The notes: a model not told the origin generated them from the sequence alone. Shown: positions 10,351 through 20,307, counted from the first letter of the stretch. The stretch is DNA of 64,000 bases from an uncultured Porphyromonadaceae bacterium (GCA_947649495.1 CANSRU010000001.1:54837-118836); one strand, 5' to 3'. Made by a program: numbers and translations.

Positions 10351-10358
10351 TAACTTTG
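10351..10358 (+). promoter_or_regulatory. -7 promoter box TAACTTTG upstream of fur
   Basis: Matches TAnnTTTG. Only 7 nt separate it from the ATG at 10366, which implies a leaderless or near-leaderless mRNA. Confidence 0.4.
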
Positions 10359-10365
10359 TGGCAAG

Positions 10366-10851
10366 ATGAGTGACGAAAAGACAAAAACAGCAGCTTTGTC
10401 GGCATTCACGCAGTACATGTCACAGCACAGACTGCGAAAAACGCCCGAACGCTTTGCCATTCTGGAAAAAGTGTTTGATATGAACACACACTTTTCCATA
10501 GACTCACTTCACGCCGCACTCGATGCCGACGGATACCATGTGAGCCGCGCCACTATCTACAACACAATCGAACTTCTCACAAAATGCAGTCTGGTGCGGA
10601 GGCACACATTCGGCAACCATTCACCGCAATATGAAAAGATTACCGGACTCACCAAACACTATCATCTGATATGCTCCCGATGCGGAAAGGTGAAAGAGGT
10701 TAAAGATGCCGAGATTGACGCACTGCTCAATGCCCGTAGGTTTGGAAAATTCCAGCCTTTATATGCCGACCTCAACATATACGGACTGTGCGGTGCATGC
10801 CAGCGCAAGGGACGGAGACGTAGCTCCGGCGCTGAAAAATCAGGAACATAA
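10366..10851 (+). CDS. fur: Fur family transcriptional regulator
   Basis: 161 aa with a winged-helix N-terminal domain (RKTPERFAILE), the HYHLICSRCGKV and GLCGACQ CxxC pairs, and a basic C-terminal tail. Confidence 0.85.
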   Translation: MSDEKTKTAALSAFTQYMSQHRLRKTPERFAILEKVFDMNTHFSIDSLHAALDADGYHVSRATIYNTIELLTKCSLVRRHTFGNHSPQYEKITGLTKHYHLICSRCGKVKEVKDAEIDALLNARRFGKFQPLYADLNIYGLCGACQRKGRRRSSGAEKSGT

Positions 10852-10899
10852 AACTGAAAAATATTATTTACACACAACAATCAATATACATTTATACCG

Positions 10900-12165
10900 A
10901 TGAAAGTTGACGTATTGCTCGGCCTGCAATGGGGCGATGAAGGAAAAGGTAAAGTAGTGGATGTGCTCACCCCGCGTTACGATGTAGTGGCACGTTTCCA
11001 AGGCGGCCCAAACGCCGGTCACACATTGGAATTCGAAGGCAAGAAATATGTGCTCCGTTCCATCCCGTCCGGAATATTCCAGCATGGCCAGATAAACATA
11101 ATAGGCAACGGCGTGGTGCTTGACCCGGTGCTCTTTCAGGAAGAAGCGGAAGCGCTTGAACGCTCCGGCATAGACCTGCGCAAAATCCTGAAGATTTCGA
11201 AAAAAGTACACCTCATCCTGCCCACCCATCGTCTGCTTGATGCCGCAAACGAACGAGCCAAAGGCGGAGCCAAGATAGGAACTACAGGTAAAGGCATAGG
11301 CCCCACATATACCGACAAAATAAGCCGCAACGGCCTGCGTCTCGGTGACACTCTGCACGATTTCGATAAAAAATACGAGGCAGCCAAATCACGCCACATA
11401 GCAATGCTCACAGCCATGGGCGAAACACCCGAATTTGCCGAACTCGAAGATAAATGGATCAAGGCTATAGACTATCTTCATACATTCGACATTATCGACA
11501 GCGAACACTACATAAACCGTTGTCTGGCAGAAGGAAAATCAGTACTCTGCGAAGGTGCCCAGGGCACGTTGCTCGACATCGACTTCGGTTCATATCCATT
11601 TGTCACCTCCAGCAATACCATCACTGCCGGTGCTTGTTCAGGACTCGGAGTAGCGCCCAACAAGATAGGCGAGGTGTTCGGAATATTCAAAGCCTATTGC
11701 ACCCGCGTAGGCAGCGGCCCATTCCCCACCGAGCTCTTTGATGAGACAGGCAGCAAGATACGTGCCATAGGCCACGAATATGGTGCCGTCACAGGACGCG
11801 AGCGCCGTTGTGGATGGATAGACCTCGTCGCACTGCGCTATGCCATTATGATCAATGGCGTCACACAGCTCATAATGATGAAGAGCGATGTTCTGGACAC
11901 ATTCGACACGATAAAGGCATGCGTGGCTTACAAGATTGAAGGCGAGGAAGTGTGCGACTTCCCCTACTCTATCGAGGAAGACACTATAGAGCCGGTGTAC
12001 GTGGAGCTTCCCGGATGGAAAACCGACATGACAAAAATGAAGAATGAGGATGAATTCCCTGCTGAATTCGCCGCATATATACAGTTCCTTGAAAAGCAGC
12101 TCAACACCCCCATCACCATTGTTTCGATAGGTCCGGACCGTGAGCAAACCATACTCAGAAAATAA
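10900..12165 (+). CDS. purA: adenylosuccinate synthase
   Basis: 421 aa with the GLQWGDEGKGK P-loop, GPNAGHT and GTTGKGIGP motifs. Confidence 0.96.
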   Translation: MKVDVLLGLQWGDEGKGKVVDVLTPRYDVVARFQGGPNAGHTLEFEGKKYVLRSIPSGIFQHGQINIIGNGVVLDPVLFQEEAEALERSGIDLRKILKISKKVHLILPTHRLLDAANERAKGGAKIGTTGKGIGPTYTDKISRNGLRLGDTLHDFDKKYEAAKSRHIAMLTAMGETPEFAELEDKWIKAIDYLHTFDIIDSEHYINRCLAEGKSVLCEGAQGTLLDIDFGSYPFVTSSNTITAGACSGLGVAPNKIGEVFGIFKAYCTRVGSGPFPTELFDETGSKIRAIGHEYGAVTGRERRCGWIDLVALRYAIMINGVTQLIMMKSDVLDTFDTIKACVAYKIEGEEVCDFPYSIEEDTIEPVYVELPGWKTDMTKMKNEDEFPAEFAAYIQFLEKQLNTPITIVSIGPDREQTILRK

Positions 12166-12189
12166 TCTAACCCATAAAAAACGTCAACC

Positions 12190-13437
12190 ATGGCAAAGGT
12201 AAAACCGTTCAAAGGTGTGCGACCTCCGCGCCACCTCGTAACCGAAGTGGCATCGAGGCCTTACGATGTGCTTAATTCCGATGAAGCCCGACGCGAAGCC
12301 GAAGGCAATCCCAAGTCGCTCTACCACATCATAAAACCGGAGATAGACTTTGAGCCGTCTGTCGACGAACACGACGAATGTGTATATGGCAAAGCTGTAG
12401 AGAATTTCAACAATTTCCAACAGCAAGGCTGGCTTGTGCAGGACGACGCCGACCACTACTACATCTATGCACAGACCATGGATGGCCGGACACAGTATGG
12501 CATAGTGTTGGCAGCCAATGTAGACGACTACATGCAAGGACGCATCAAAAAACATGAGCTCACACGCCGCGACAAAGAAGAGGACCGCATGAAACATGTT
12601 AGGGTGAACAATGCCAATATCGAGCCGGTATTCTTCGCCTTCCCCGACAACGAAACCCTCCAGCGGATAATCACCGAGACCACAGCTAAAGAACCGGAAT
12701 ATGACTTCACTTCTGCCGACGGATTCGGCCACCACTTCTGGGTGATTGACAATGCCGACACCATCGACACCATAACCGAGGAGTTCAGCCGTATACCTTA
12801 TTTATATATAGCCGATGGACACCATCGCACCGCTGCAGCAGCCCTTGTAGGTAATGAGAAAGCCACTCAGAATCCCGCTCACACAGGTAACGAGGAGTAT
12901 AACTACTTCCTTGCTGTGGCTTTTCCGGCCTCACACCTCAACATTATAGATTACAACCGCGTGGTGCGTGACCTCAACGGCCTAACCCCGGCACAATTTC
13001 TACAGGCGTTAGAGAAAGACTTCACCGTTACCGATATGGGGACCGAGATATACCGTCCTACCGCCCTGCACAACTTCTCGCTTTATCTTGACGGACGCTG
13101 GTACTCATTGACCGCTCTCGAAGGCCGATATGACGACAACGACCCTATAGGGGTGCTTGATGTCACCATATCCAGCGACCTGATACTCCGCGACATACTT
13201 GGCATTCACGACCTCCGCTCCGACAAACGGATTGACTTTGTGGGAGGTATACGCGGTCTTGGAGAACTAAAGCAGCGTGTGGACAGCGGTGAGATGGCAA
13301 TGGCTCTCGCACTCTATCCGGTGACTATGAAGCAGCTTATGGACATAGCCGACAGCGGCAACATAATGCCACCCAAAACCACATGGTTCGAGCCGAAACT
13401 CCGCTCGGGTCTTGTCATACACAAACTTGATGAATAA
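12190..13437 (+). CDS. DUF1015 family protein (conserved, function unknown)
   Basis: 415 aa. The N-terminus MAKVKPFKGVRP...ASRPYDV and the ADGHHR motif are characteristic of DUF1015/COG4198. Confidence 0.8.
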   Translation: MAKVKPFKGVRPPRHLVTEVASRPYDVLNSDEARREAEGNPKSLYHIIKPEIDFEPSVDEHDECVYGKAVENFNNFQQQGWLVQDDADHYYIYAQTMDGRTQYGIVLAANVDDYMQGRIKKHELTRRDKEEDRMKHVRVNNANIEPVFFAFPDNETLQRIITETTAKEPEYDFTSADGFGHHFWVIDNADTIDTITEEFSRIPYLYIADGHHRTAAAALVGNEKATQNPAHTGNEEYNYFLAVAFPASHLNIIDYNRVVRDLNGLTPAQFLQALEKDFTVTDMGTEIYRPTALHNFSLYLDGRWYSLTALEGRYDDNDPIGVLDVTISSDLILRDILGIHDLRSDKRIDFVGGIRGLGELKQRVDSGEMAMALALYPVTMKQLMDIADSGNIMPPKTTWFEPKLRSGLVIHKLDE

Positions 13438-13948
13438 TCTGTCGGCAATAATCTCCGACAGCTACCGTCTGACCCCGGCCGACTATCTCAAAATATCGGC
13501 CGGGGCCATGCTTCCTACACTTGCCATAGCGATAACCATAATATTCACTGCATCGGTAATCGCATCGTTTTTCGATATACGGATGCTGTTTGTGGCTCTC
13601 ATCATCATATTCATCATAGCCCCTATGGTCATTGCGCATCTCTATTTCAGCGCACTTCTGACCCCGGAGGCCCGGGAGGCTCTTGCCACACGGCACGTCG
13701 AAATAATTCCCGGCAAACAGATAACCACCATATACCACTGCGACGAGGCACCGGCAATTCCCGACGATACCATTGCATGGCACGACATCCTGCACACAAA
13801 AATCACATCGACCATGCTGCTTATATACCGTAAGGATAGGAAAACCCCACTTGCCATACCGATAAAATACCTGCCCGCGAATCCAATAATGGAAATTTTT
13901 GTCGACACGATAGCAACGGATGTTTGCCCTCTCGATAAAAATAGCTAA
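13430..13948 (+). CDS. hypothetical membrane protein (TM hairpin plus soluble domain)
   Basis: The ORF overlaps the DUF1015 stop by 8 nt (ATG 13430). It has two long hydrophobic helices and no recognisable catalytic motif. Confidence 0.55.
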   Translation: MNNLSAIISDSYRLTPADYLKISAGAMLPTLAIAITIIFTASVIASFFDIRMLFVALIIIFIIAPMVIAHLYFSALLTPEAREALATRHVEIIPGKQITTIYHCDEAPAIPDDTIAWHDILHTKITSTMLLIYRKDRKTPLAIPIKYLPANPIMEIFVDTIATDVCPLDKNS

Positions 13949-13996
13949 ATTTGCACCATCAAAAAACTCATCACCCCAACACCATTCCAACATACT

Positions 13997-16900
13997 ATGG
14001 TTGTATTTTTTAAGAAAGGTGCCGCTAATGTAATAGCCGTAGAGAGTGACCATAAGTTTTCCGATTTGGAAAACGAAAAACTCATCTGGCTTTTTGACGG
14101 CGCCAAACCGCTTGCATCCACTTCGTTAAAAGGCACATTCATCGGTCCCCGCAAGGAAATGATAACACCTTGGAGCACCAATGCAGTCGAAATCACCCAG
14201 AACATGGGATTGCACGGTATCAGCCGTATAGAGCAATTCACGCTCACACGCGATGCCGAACCTAAATTCGACAAGATGCTCGAAAGAGTGTATCACGGCC
14301 TGAACAGCAAAATATTCAAAATAGACCGCAAGCCCGACCCAATTGTATATATCGACAATATTTCAGAATACAACCGCTCGGAAGGCCTTGCGTTAAGTCC
14401 TGATGAGGAGGACTACCTGCGACAGCTATCCGAGAAACTCGGCCGGCCACTCACCGACAGTGAAGTATTCGGATTCTCTCAAGTAAACTCCGAACATTGC
14501 CGCCACAAAATATTCAACGGTACATTCATTATTGACGGTGAAGAGAAACCTCTGTCACTTTTCAAACTCATAAAAAAGACTTCACAGGTCAATCCCAACA
14601 ATCTTGTTTCGGCTTATAAGGACAATGTGGCATTTGTAAAAGGACCTAAAATACAGCAGTTCTACCCCGTGAATCCCGACCGTCCCGATATGTTTGACGT
14701 CAAAGATATTGAGACAGTGATCTCACTCAAGGCCGAGACCCACAACTTCCCCACTACCGTAGAGCCATTCAACGGTGCTGCCACCGGCACCGGCGGCGAG
14801 ATTCGCGACCGCCTTGGTGGTGGTCGTGCCAGCCTGCCCATTGCTGGCACGGCTGTCTACATGACATCATACCCGAGAATGAGTCCCGACCACCGTTGGG
14901 AACTGATGTGCAATCCTCGAGTTTGGCTTTACCAGACTCCCTGCGACATATTGATTAAGGCATCTAACGGAGCCTCAGATTTCGGCAATAAATTCGGCCA
15001 ACCTTTGATTTGTGGCTCACTCCTCACATTCGAACACGATGAAAACGGACGTCTCTATGCCTACGACAAAGTGATAATGCTTGCCGGTGGCGTTGGTTTC
15101 GCAGCCAAGAAAGACGCCCTTAAAGGTGAACCGCAACCCGGTGAGAAAGTAGTGGTGATGGGTGGCGACAACTACCGCATCGGCATGGGTGGCGGAGCTG
15201 TATCCTCGGTGGAGACCGGCCAATACGACAACTCGATAGAGCTTAACGCCGTGCAGCGTGCCAACCCCGAGATGCAGAAACGAGTTTCAAATGTGATTCG
15301 TGCTCTTGCCGAAAGCGACAGCAATCCTATTGTATCTATCCACGACCATGGAGCCGGTGGACACCTCAACGCACTTTCGGAACTCGTGGAAAGCACAGGT
15401 GGACGCATTGACCTTGATTCCCTGCCTGTGGGCGACCCGACTCTGTCGGCAAAAGAAATCGTCGGCAACGAGAGTCAGGAACGTATGGGTATGGTGCTTG
15501 ACCAGAACGACATAGAATTCGTGGAAAATGTGGCACGACGCGAACGCGCTCCAATGTACGTGGTCGGCGAGACCACCGGCGACGACCGCTTCGTGTTCCG
15601 TCGCTCAGATGGAGTGAAGCCCATTGACCTCGCCATGGCCGACATGTTTGGCAACTCACCCAAAACGGTGATGACCGACACCACAGTATCGACCACATAT
15701 AAAGACCCTCAATACAACGAGAACGAACTTGACAACTATCTGCGCGATGTGCTCAGCCTTGAAGCCGTGGCCTGCAAGGACTGGCTCACTAATAAAGTGG
15801 ACCGCTCAGTTACAGGTAAGATCGCACGCCAGCAGTGTCAGGGCGAGATACAGCTCCCCCTCAGCGACTGTGGAGTTGTTGCCCTCGACTATCAGGGCAA
15901 GGAGGGTATAGCTACTTCCATAGGCCATGCACCTCAGGTGGCTCTGATTGATTCGGCCAAAGGCTCAGTAATAGCGATAGCCGAAGCGCTTACCAATATC
16001 GCAGGAGCTCCTATCGAAGGTAATCTGAAAGGAATCTCCCTGAGCGCCAACTGGATGTGGCCATGCAAGAATGAAGGTGAAGACGCAGCTCTCTACCGTG
16101 CTGTAGAAGCATGCAGCGATTTTGCCTGCGCACTCGGCATCAACATCCCCACCGGCAAAGACAGTCTATCCATGACTCAGAAATATGGTGACGACAAAGT
16201 ATTTGCCCCCGGCACTGTAATAATTTCAGCGGCAGGCCCCGTAACCGATGTTCGCCGCACAGTATCGCCGGTACTCCAGCAGGTAAAATCACACCTCTAT
16301 TATATTGATTTCTCCACCGACGGATTGAAATTAGGCGGTTCGGCCTTGGCCCAGGCACTCAACAGTCTCGGCTCTGAGGCTCCAACCGTAACCTCAGCCG
16401 AGAAATTCGCTACAGCATTCAACGCCGTGCAGCGTCTCGTGAAGCGAGGCTCCATAGCAGCTATGCACGATGTATCGGCCGGAGGTCTTGTCACCACACT
16501 TCTTGAAATGACATTCGGCAACACCGCAGGTGGCATCGAATTCAACACCGACTCTTTTGTGGCCGATGGTGAGACAGACCTGATTAAGATTCTGTTTGCC
16601 GAAAACCCGGCTATTGTGCTCCAGATTGAGGATAGAAAATGTGCAGCGGCAGAAGAATTCCTACACAAAGCCGGTGTGAAATTCCATGCTATCGGATGTC
16701 CGTCAGACGAACGCACCCTTATGATAGAACATGCCGGAACTCAGCGCTTGATAGGCATAGACCACATGCGCGATGTATGGTTCCGCTCATCCTATCTGCT
16801 TGACAGCGTGCAAAGTGGTGAGAAATGCGCCCGTATGCGCTTTGACAACTACAAGAAACAACCCCTGCGTTTCCGCCTGCCCAAGGGATTTGACGGCAAA

Positions 16901-17704
16901 CTCGAATCGCGCGGACTCAAGCATGGAAAGCATGCCGAGAGCGGCGTTCGGGCAGCAATCATACGCGAAAAGGGTGTGAACGGCGACCGTGAGATGGCCT
17001 ATTCACTGTATCTGGCAGGATTCGACGTGAAAGATGTCCACATGACCGACCTGATGAGCGGACGCGAGACTTTGGACGATGTCAACATGATAGTGTTCTG
17101 TGGCGGATTCTCCAATTCAGATGTGCTTGGCTCTGCCAAAGGATGGGCCGGCGGATTCCTCTGGAACGAAAAGGCCAAACAGGCTCTTGACCGCTTCTAT
17201 GCCCGCCCCGATACATTGTCGCTCGGTGTATGCAACGGCTGTCAGCTTATGATGGAACTCAACCTGATATGTCCCGAACATCCACGAAAGGCCACAATGG
17301 AACACAATATAAGCCACAAATTTGAATCACAATTCGTTGGCGTGACCATTCCTGAAAACAATTCAGTGATGTTCGGCCCGCTCGCCGGAATGAAGACAGG
17401 AATATGGGTGGCTCACGGCGAAGGCCGCTTTAACCTGCCCATGCCATTGGACAACTACAATGTGGCCTTGAAGTATTCATATACTTCCTATCCGGCCAAC
17501 CCCAACGGTTCCCGCTCAGGAGTGGCAGGCCTTTGCTCGGCCGACGGACGTCACCTTGCCATGATGCCACACCTCGAACGTGCCATATTCCCCTGGCAAT
17601 GCGGCAACTATCCACGCAGCCGTCGCAACGACGACGTCACTCCTTGGATTGACGCGTTCATAAACGCCCGGAAATGGGTAGAGAAACATAAAATAGGAAA
17701 ATAA
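13997..17704 (+). CDS. purL: phosphoribosylformylglycinamidine synthase (single-chain large form)
   Basis: 1235 aa with the FGAM synthase core (SEHCRHKIF, ETHNFPT) and a C-terminal glutaminase with GVCNGCQ. Confidence 0.96.
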   Translation: MVVFFKKGAANVIAVESDHKFSDLENEKLIWLFDGAKPLASTSLKGTFIGPRKEMITPWSTNAVEITQNMGLHGISRIEQFTLTRDAEPKFDKMLERVYHGLNSKIFKIDRKPDPIVYIDNISEYNRSEGLALSPDEEDYLRQLSEKLGRPLTDSEVFGFSQVNSEHCRHKIFNGTFIIDGEEKPLSLFKLIKKTSQVNPNNLVSAYKDNVAFVKGPKIQQFYPVNPDRPDMFDVKDIETVISLKAETHNFPTTVEPFNGAATGTGGEIRDRLGGGRASLPIAGTAVYMTSYPRMSPDHRWELMCNPRVWLYQTPCDILIKASNGASDFGNKFGQPLICGSLLTFEHDENGRLYAYDKVIMLAGGVGFAAKKDALKGEPQPGEKVVVMGGDNYRIGMGGGAVSSVETGQYDNSIELNAVQRANPEMQKRVSNVIRALAESDSNPIVSIHDHGAGGHLNALSELVESTGGRIDLDSLPVGDPTLSAKEIVGNESQERMGMVLDQNDIEFVENVARRERAPMYVVGETTGDDRFVFRRSDGVKPIDLAMADMFGNSPKTVMTDTTVSTTYKDPQYNENELDNYLRDVLSLEAVACKDWLTNKVDRSVTGKIARQQCQGEIQLPLSDCGVVALDYQGKEGIATSIGHAPQVALIDSAKGSVIAIAEALTNIAGAPIEGNLKGISLSANWMWPCKNEGEDAALYRAVEACSDFACALGINIPTGKDSLSMTQKYGDDKVFAPGTVIISAAGPVTDVRRTVSPVLQQVKSHLYYIDFSTDGLKLGGSALAQALNSLGSEAPTVTSAEKFATAFNAVQRLVKRGSIAAMHDVSAGGLVTTLLEMTFGNTAGGIEFNTDSFVADGETDLIKILFAENPAIVLQIEDRKCAAAEEFLHKAGVKFHAIGCPSDERTLMIEHAGTQRLIGIDHMRDVWFRSSYLLDSVQSGEKCARMRFDNYKKQPLRFRLPKGFDGKLESRGLKHGKHAESGVRAAIIREKGVNGDREMAYSLYLAGFDVKDVHMTDLMSGRETLDDVNMIVFCGGFSNSDVLGSAKGWAGGFLWNEKAKQALDRFYARPDTLSLGVCNGCQLMMELNLICPEHPRKATMEHNISHKFESQFVGVTIPENNSVMFGPLAGMKTGIWVAHGEGRFNLPMPLDNYNVALKYSYTSYPANPNGSRSGVAGLCSADGRHLAMMPHLERAIFPWQCGNYPRSRRNDDVTPWIDAFINARKWVEKHKIGK

Positions 17705-17709
17705 CCCCA

Positions 17710-17759
17710 CTGCGGGAGCAGACAAAGCCGACACAAAGCCGCACTGCCTGCTCCCGCAG
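17710..17759 (+). terminator. stem-loop after purL (12-bp stem, large loop, no clear U-run)
   Basis: CTGCGGGAGCAG (17710-17721) pairs perfectly with CTGCTCCCGCAG (17748-17759). The loop carries a 9-nt direct repeat, ACAAAGCCG, at 17722-17730 and 17733-17741. Confidence 0.45.
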
Positions 17760-17803
17760 CCGTTAATCTCACATTTACATACTTACTTAACACCAACTGA
17801 TAT

Positions 17804-19207
17804 ATGGGAGGTTTTTTCGGTCTGACATCAAAGACCAACTGCGTCAACCGTCTATTCTATGGGGTAGACTACAACAGCCACATGGGTACAAAACGGGCCG
17901 GCATGGCCACTGTGTGCGATGGTATCTTCACCCGCTCGATACATAATATCGAAAACTCATATTTCCGCACCAAGTTTGAGAACGACCTGAAGGATTTCAG
18001 CGGAAACTCAGGCATAGGAGTGATATCGGACACCGATGCGCAACCCATCATCGTCAATTGCCACCTCGGGAAATTCGCCATAGTGACAGTTGCCCGAATC
18101 AACAACATAGCCGAACTTGAAAAAGAGATGCTCGACAAAGGGCACCATTTTTGCGAGCACAGCTACGACATAATCAATCCCACCGAAATGATAGCCGCTC
18201 TGATAAGCGACGGCGCCGACATTGTAAGCGGGATTGAAAATGTTTACCGCCGCATCAAAGGCTCCTGTTCCATGCTGTTGCTGCTCGAAGGCAGGATTAT
18301 TGCCGCACGCGACTTCCTTGGCCGCACACCGGTGCTGATAGGCAAAGGCGACGACGGCTATGCCGCTGCATCCGAGTCGTGCGCGTTTGCCAATCTTGGC
18401 TTCGATGTGTGCTATAACCTTGGCCCGGGAGAAATTGTGGAAATTACCGCCGACGGCATGAAGCAACTCCGTGCCCCAGAGCAGGAAATGCAGATATGCT
18501 CATTCCTATGGATATATTATGGCTATCCGGTGTGCCAATACGAAGGACGCAACGTGGACCGCATGCGTTATGTGACAGGTCGGGAAATGGGTAAGGAAGA
18601 CGATACCGAAGTGGATTTCGTAAGCGCAATCCCTGACTCCGGTATAGGCATGGCTCTGGGCTACTCCCAAGGTAAAGGAGTGCCTTATCTGCGTGGAATC
18701 GTGAAATATACCCCCACATGGCCCCGCAGTTTCACACCGAGCACACAGGAGCGCCGTGAACTTGTGGCCAAAATGAAACTGATACCCAACAAATCGTTGC
18801 TGAGAGGCAGGAGAGTGATATTCTGCGATGACTCGATAGTCCGTGGCACCCAGTTGCGCGACAATGTGTGCGACATGTTCGACGCGGGAGTGAAAGAGGT
18901 GCACATGCGCATCAGCTGTCCTCCGCTCATATATCCTTGCGAATATCTCAATTTCACCGCATCAAAAAGCGAACTCGAGCTAATAACACGTCGTATAATC
19001 GGGGAACTGGAGGGCGATCACAACAAAAATCTAAAAGCCTACGCCACCACCGGCTCACCTGAATATAACCGGATGGTAGAAGAGATACGGCGCCGTCTGA
19101 AACTCACATCCCTCCGTTTCAGTTCCATCGAGAACATAGTGGAAGCCATAGGCCTGCCGAAATGCAAGATATGCACCCACTGCTTCGATGGTTCAAGCCA
19201 CGACTGA
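17804..19207 (+). CDS. purF: amidophosphoribosyltransferase-like protein (PurF family, atypical N-terminus)
   Basis: 467 aa. The N-terminal part resembles an Ntn-type glutamine amidotransferase domain and the C-terminal part is a PRTase domain with VIFCDDSIVRGTQ. The N-terminus is MGGFFG rather than MCG. An in-frame TGA at 17798-17800 blocks any upstream extension. Confidence 0.8.
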   Translation: MGGFFGLTSKTNCVNRLFYGVDYNSHMGTKRAGMATVCDGIFTRSIHNIENSYFRTKFENDLKDFSGNSGIGVISDTDAQPIIVNCHLGKFAIVTVARINNIAELEKEMLDKGHHFCEHSYDIINPTEMIAALISDGADIVSGIENVYRRIKGSCSMLLLLEGRIIAARDFLGRTPVLIGKGDDGYAAASESCAFANLGFDVCYNLGPGEIVEITADGMKQLRAPEQEMQICSFLWIYYGYPVCQYEGRNVDRMRYVTGREMGKEDDTEVDFVSAIPDSGIGMALGYSQGKGVPYLRGIVKYTPTWPRSFTPSTQERRELVAKMKLIPNKSLLRGRRVIFCDDSIVRGTQLRDNVCDMFDAGVKEVHMRISCPPLIYPCEYLNFTASKSELELITRRIIGELEGDHNKNLKAYATTGSPEYNRMVEEIRRRLKLTSLRFSSIENIVEAIGLPKCKICTHCFDGSSHD

Positions 19208-19235
19208 CGCCAATCATCCACTCCAATCAAAAAAT

Positions 19236-19288
19236 AACAATCTGTGTCAAAAAGAAAGCATCTGCACATTTGACACAGATTGTTTTTT
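19236..19288 (+). terminator. intrinsic terminator after the purF-like gene
   Basis: A perfect 16-bp stem, AACAATCTGTGTCAAA (19236-19251) with TTTGACACAGATTGTT (19269-19284), runs into a T-run that ends at 19288. Confidence 0.8.
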
Positions 19289-19349
19289 ATAAACACCTGC
19301 AAGAACTCACAATCCGCACAAAAAACTTTAGTGTCTCAATCTTTTTGCG

Positions 19350-19357
19350 TATCTTTG
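19350..19357 (+). promoter_or_regulatory. -7 promoter box TATCTTTG upstream of etfB
   Basis: Matches TAnnTTTG, about 50 nt upstream of the ATG at 19409. Confidence 0.45.
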
Positions 19358-19408
19358 TAAGTCAAAATAAACCGATTATTATAATTTTAATTATCAAATC
19401 TATAAAGT

Positions 19409-20281
19409 ATGAGTCTCAACATCATTGTGCTCGCCAAGCAGGTGCCTGACACCCGCAATGTGGGCAAAGATGCTATGAAAGAAGACGGCACCATTAATCG
19501 TGCCGCGCTTCCGGCCATCTTCAATCCGGAGGACCTGAACGCTCTTGAACAGGCACTCCGTCTCAAGGACGCAAATCCCGGTTCTACCGTAACTCTGCTC
19601 ACCATGGGACTTCCGCGTGCTTCCGAGATTATACGTGAAGCCATGTATCGTGGTGCCGATGCCGGCATTGTTTTGACCGACAGAGTGCTCGGCGGTGCCG
19701 ACACGCTCGCCACCTCTTACTCTTTGGCTCAGGCCGTAAAGAAATTCGGAAACTACGACATAATTCTTGGCGGACGTCAGGCCATTGACGGTGATACCGC
19801 TCAGGTTGGACCCCAGATTGCCGAAAAGCTCGGAATTCCTCAGGTAACTTATGCAGAAGAGATTCTCGACCTCAGCAACGGTCATGTAACAGTAAAGCGC
19901 CGTCTGGAAAATGGCGTTGAGACAGTAAAGGCTCCGCTGCCCTGCGTAGTGACTGTCAACGGCTCCGCTGCCGAATGCCGTCCGCGCAACGCCATGCGTC
20001 TGCAGAAATATAAATACGCAGCATCCACTTCCGAGAAAGAAAAACTTTCCGACGAGCTGAAAAGCCTTCTTGAAAAGCGTCCCTACCTCAACATTGCGGA
20101 ATGGAGCGCGGCTTATGTCGATGCCGACCCGCAGCAGATAGGCTTGCCTGGCTCTCCGACAAAGGTAAAAGCCATTGAAAACGTTGTGTTCACTGCAAAG
20201 GAAAGCCGCTGCATAGACAACGACGACGCTCAGATAGAAGATCTGGTGAAGGAACTTATCGCCAACCACACCATAGGTTAA
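19409..20281 (+). CDS. etfB: electron transfer flavoprotein subunit beta
   Basis: 290 aa. MSLNIIVLAKQVPD and the overall EtfB pattern are present, and etfA follows. Confidence 0.92.
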   Translation: MSLNIIVLAKQVPDTRNVGKDAMKEDGTINRAALPAIFNPEDLNALEQALRLKDANPGSTVTLLTMGLPRASEIIREAMYRGADAGIVLTDRVLGGADTLATSYSLAQAVKKFGNYDIILGGRQAIDGDTAQVGPQIAEKLGIPQVTYAEEILDLSNGHVTVKRRLENGVETVKAPLPCVVTVNGSAAECRPRNAMRLQKYKYAASTSEKEKLSDELKSLLEKRPYLNIAEWSAAYVDADPQQIGLPGSPTKVKAIENVVFTAKESRCIDNDDAQIEDLVKELIANHTIG

Positions 20282-20307
20282 CCAACATAACTTAACCTCA
20301 CATTATT

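Noticed and set aside
19400-20269. A 289-aa antisense ORF covering etfB. Similar long antisense ORFs occur at 12184-12735, 36707-37414, 53895-54536, 57958-58569, 60806-61483 and 62675-63256.
   Set aside because: Each overlaps a strongly supported sense gene (etfB, DUF1015, maeB, buk, rpe, ftsK, trxB) and has no motifs, promoter box or independent start context. I treat them as frame shadows.
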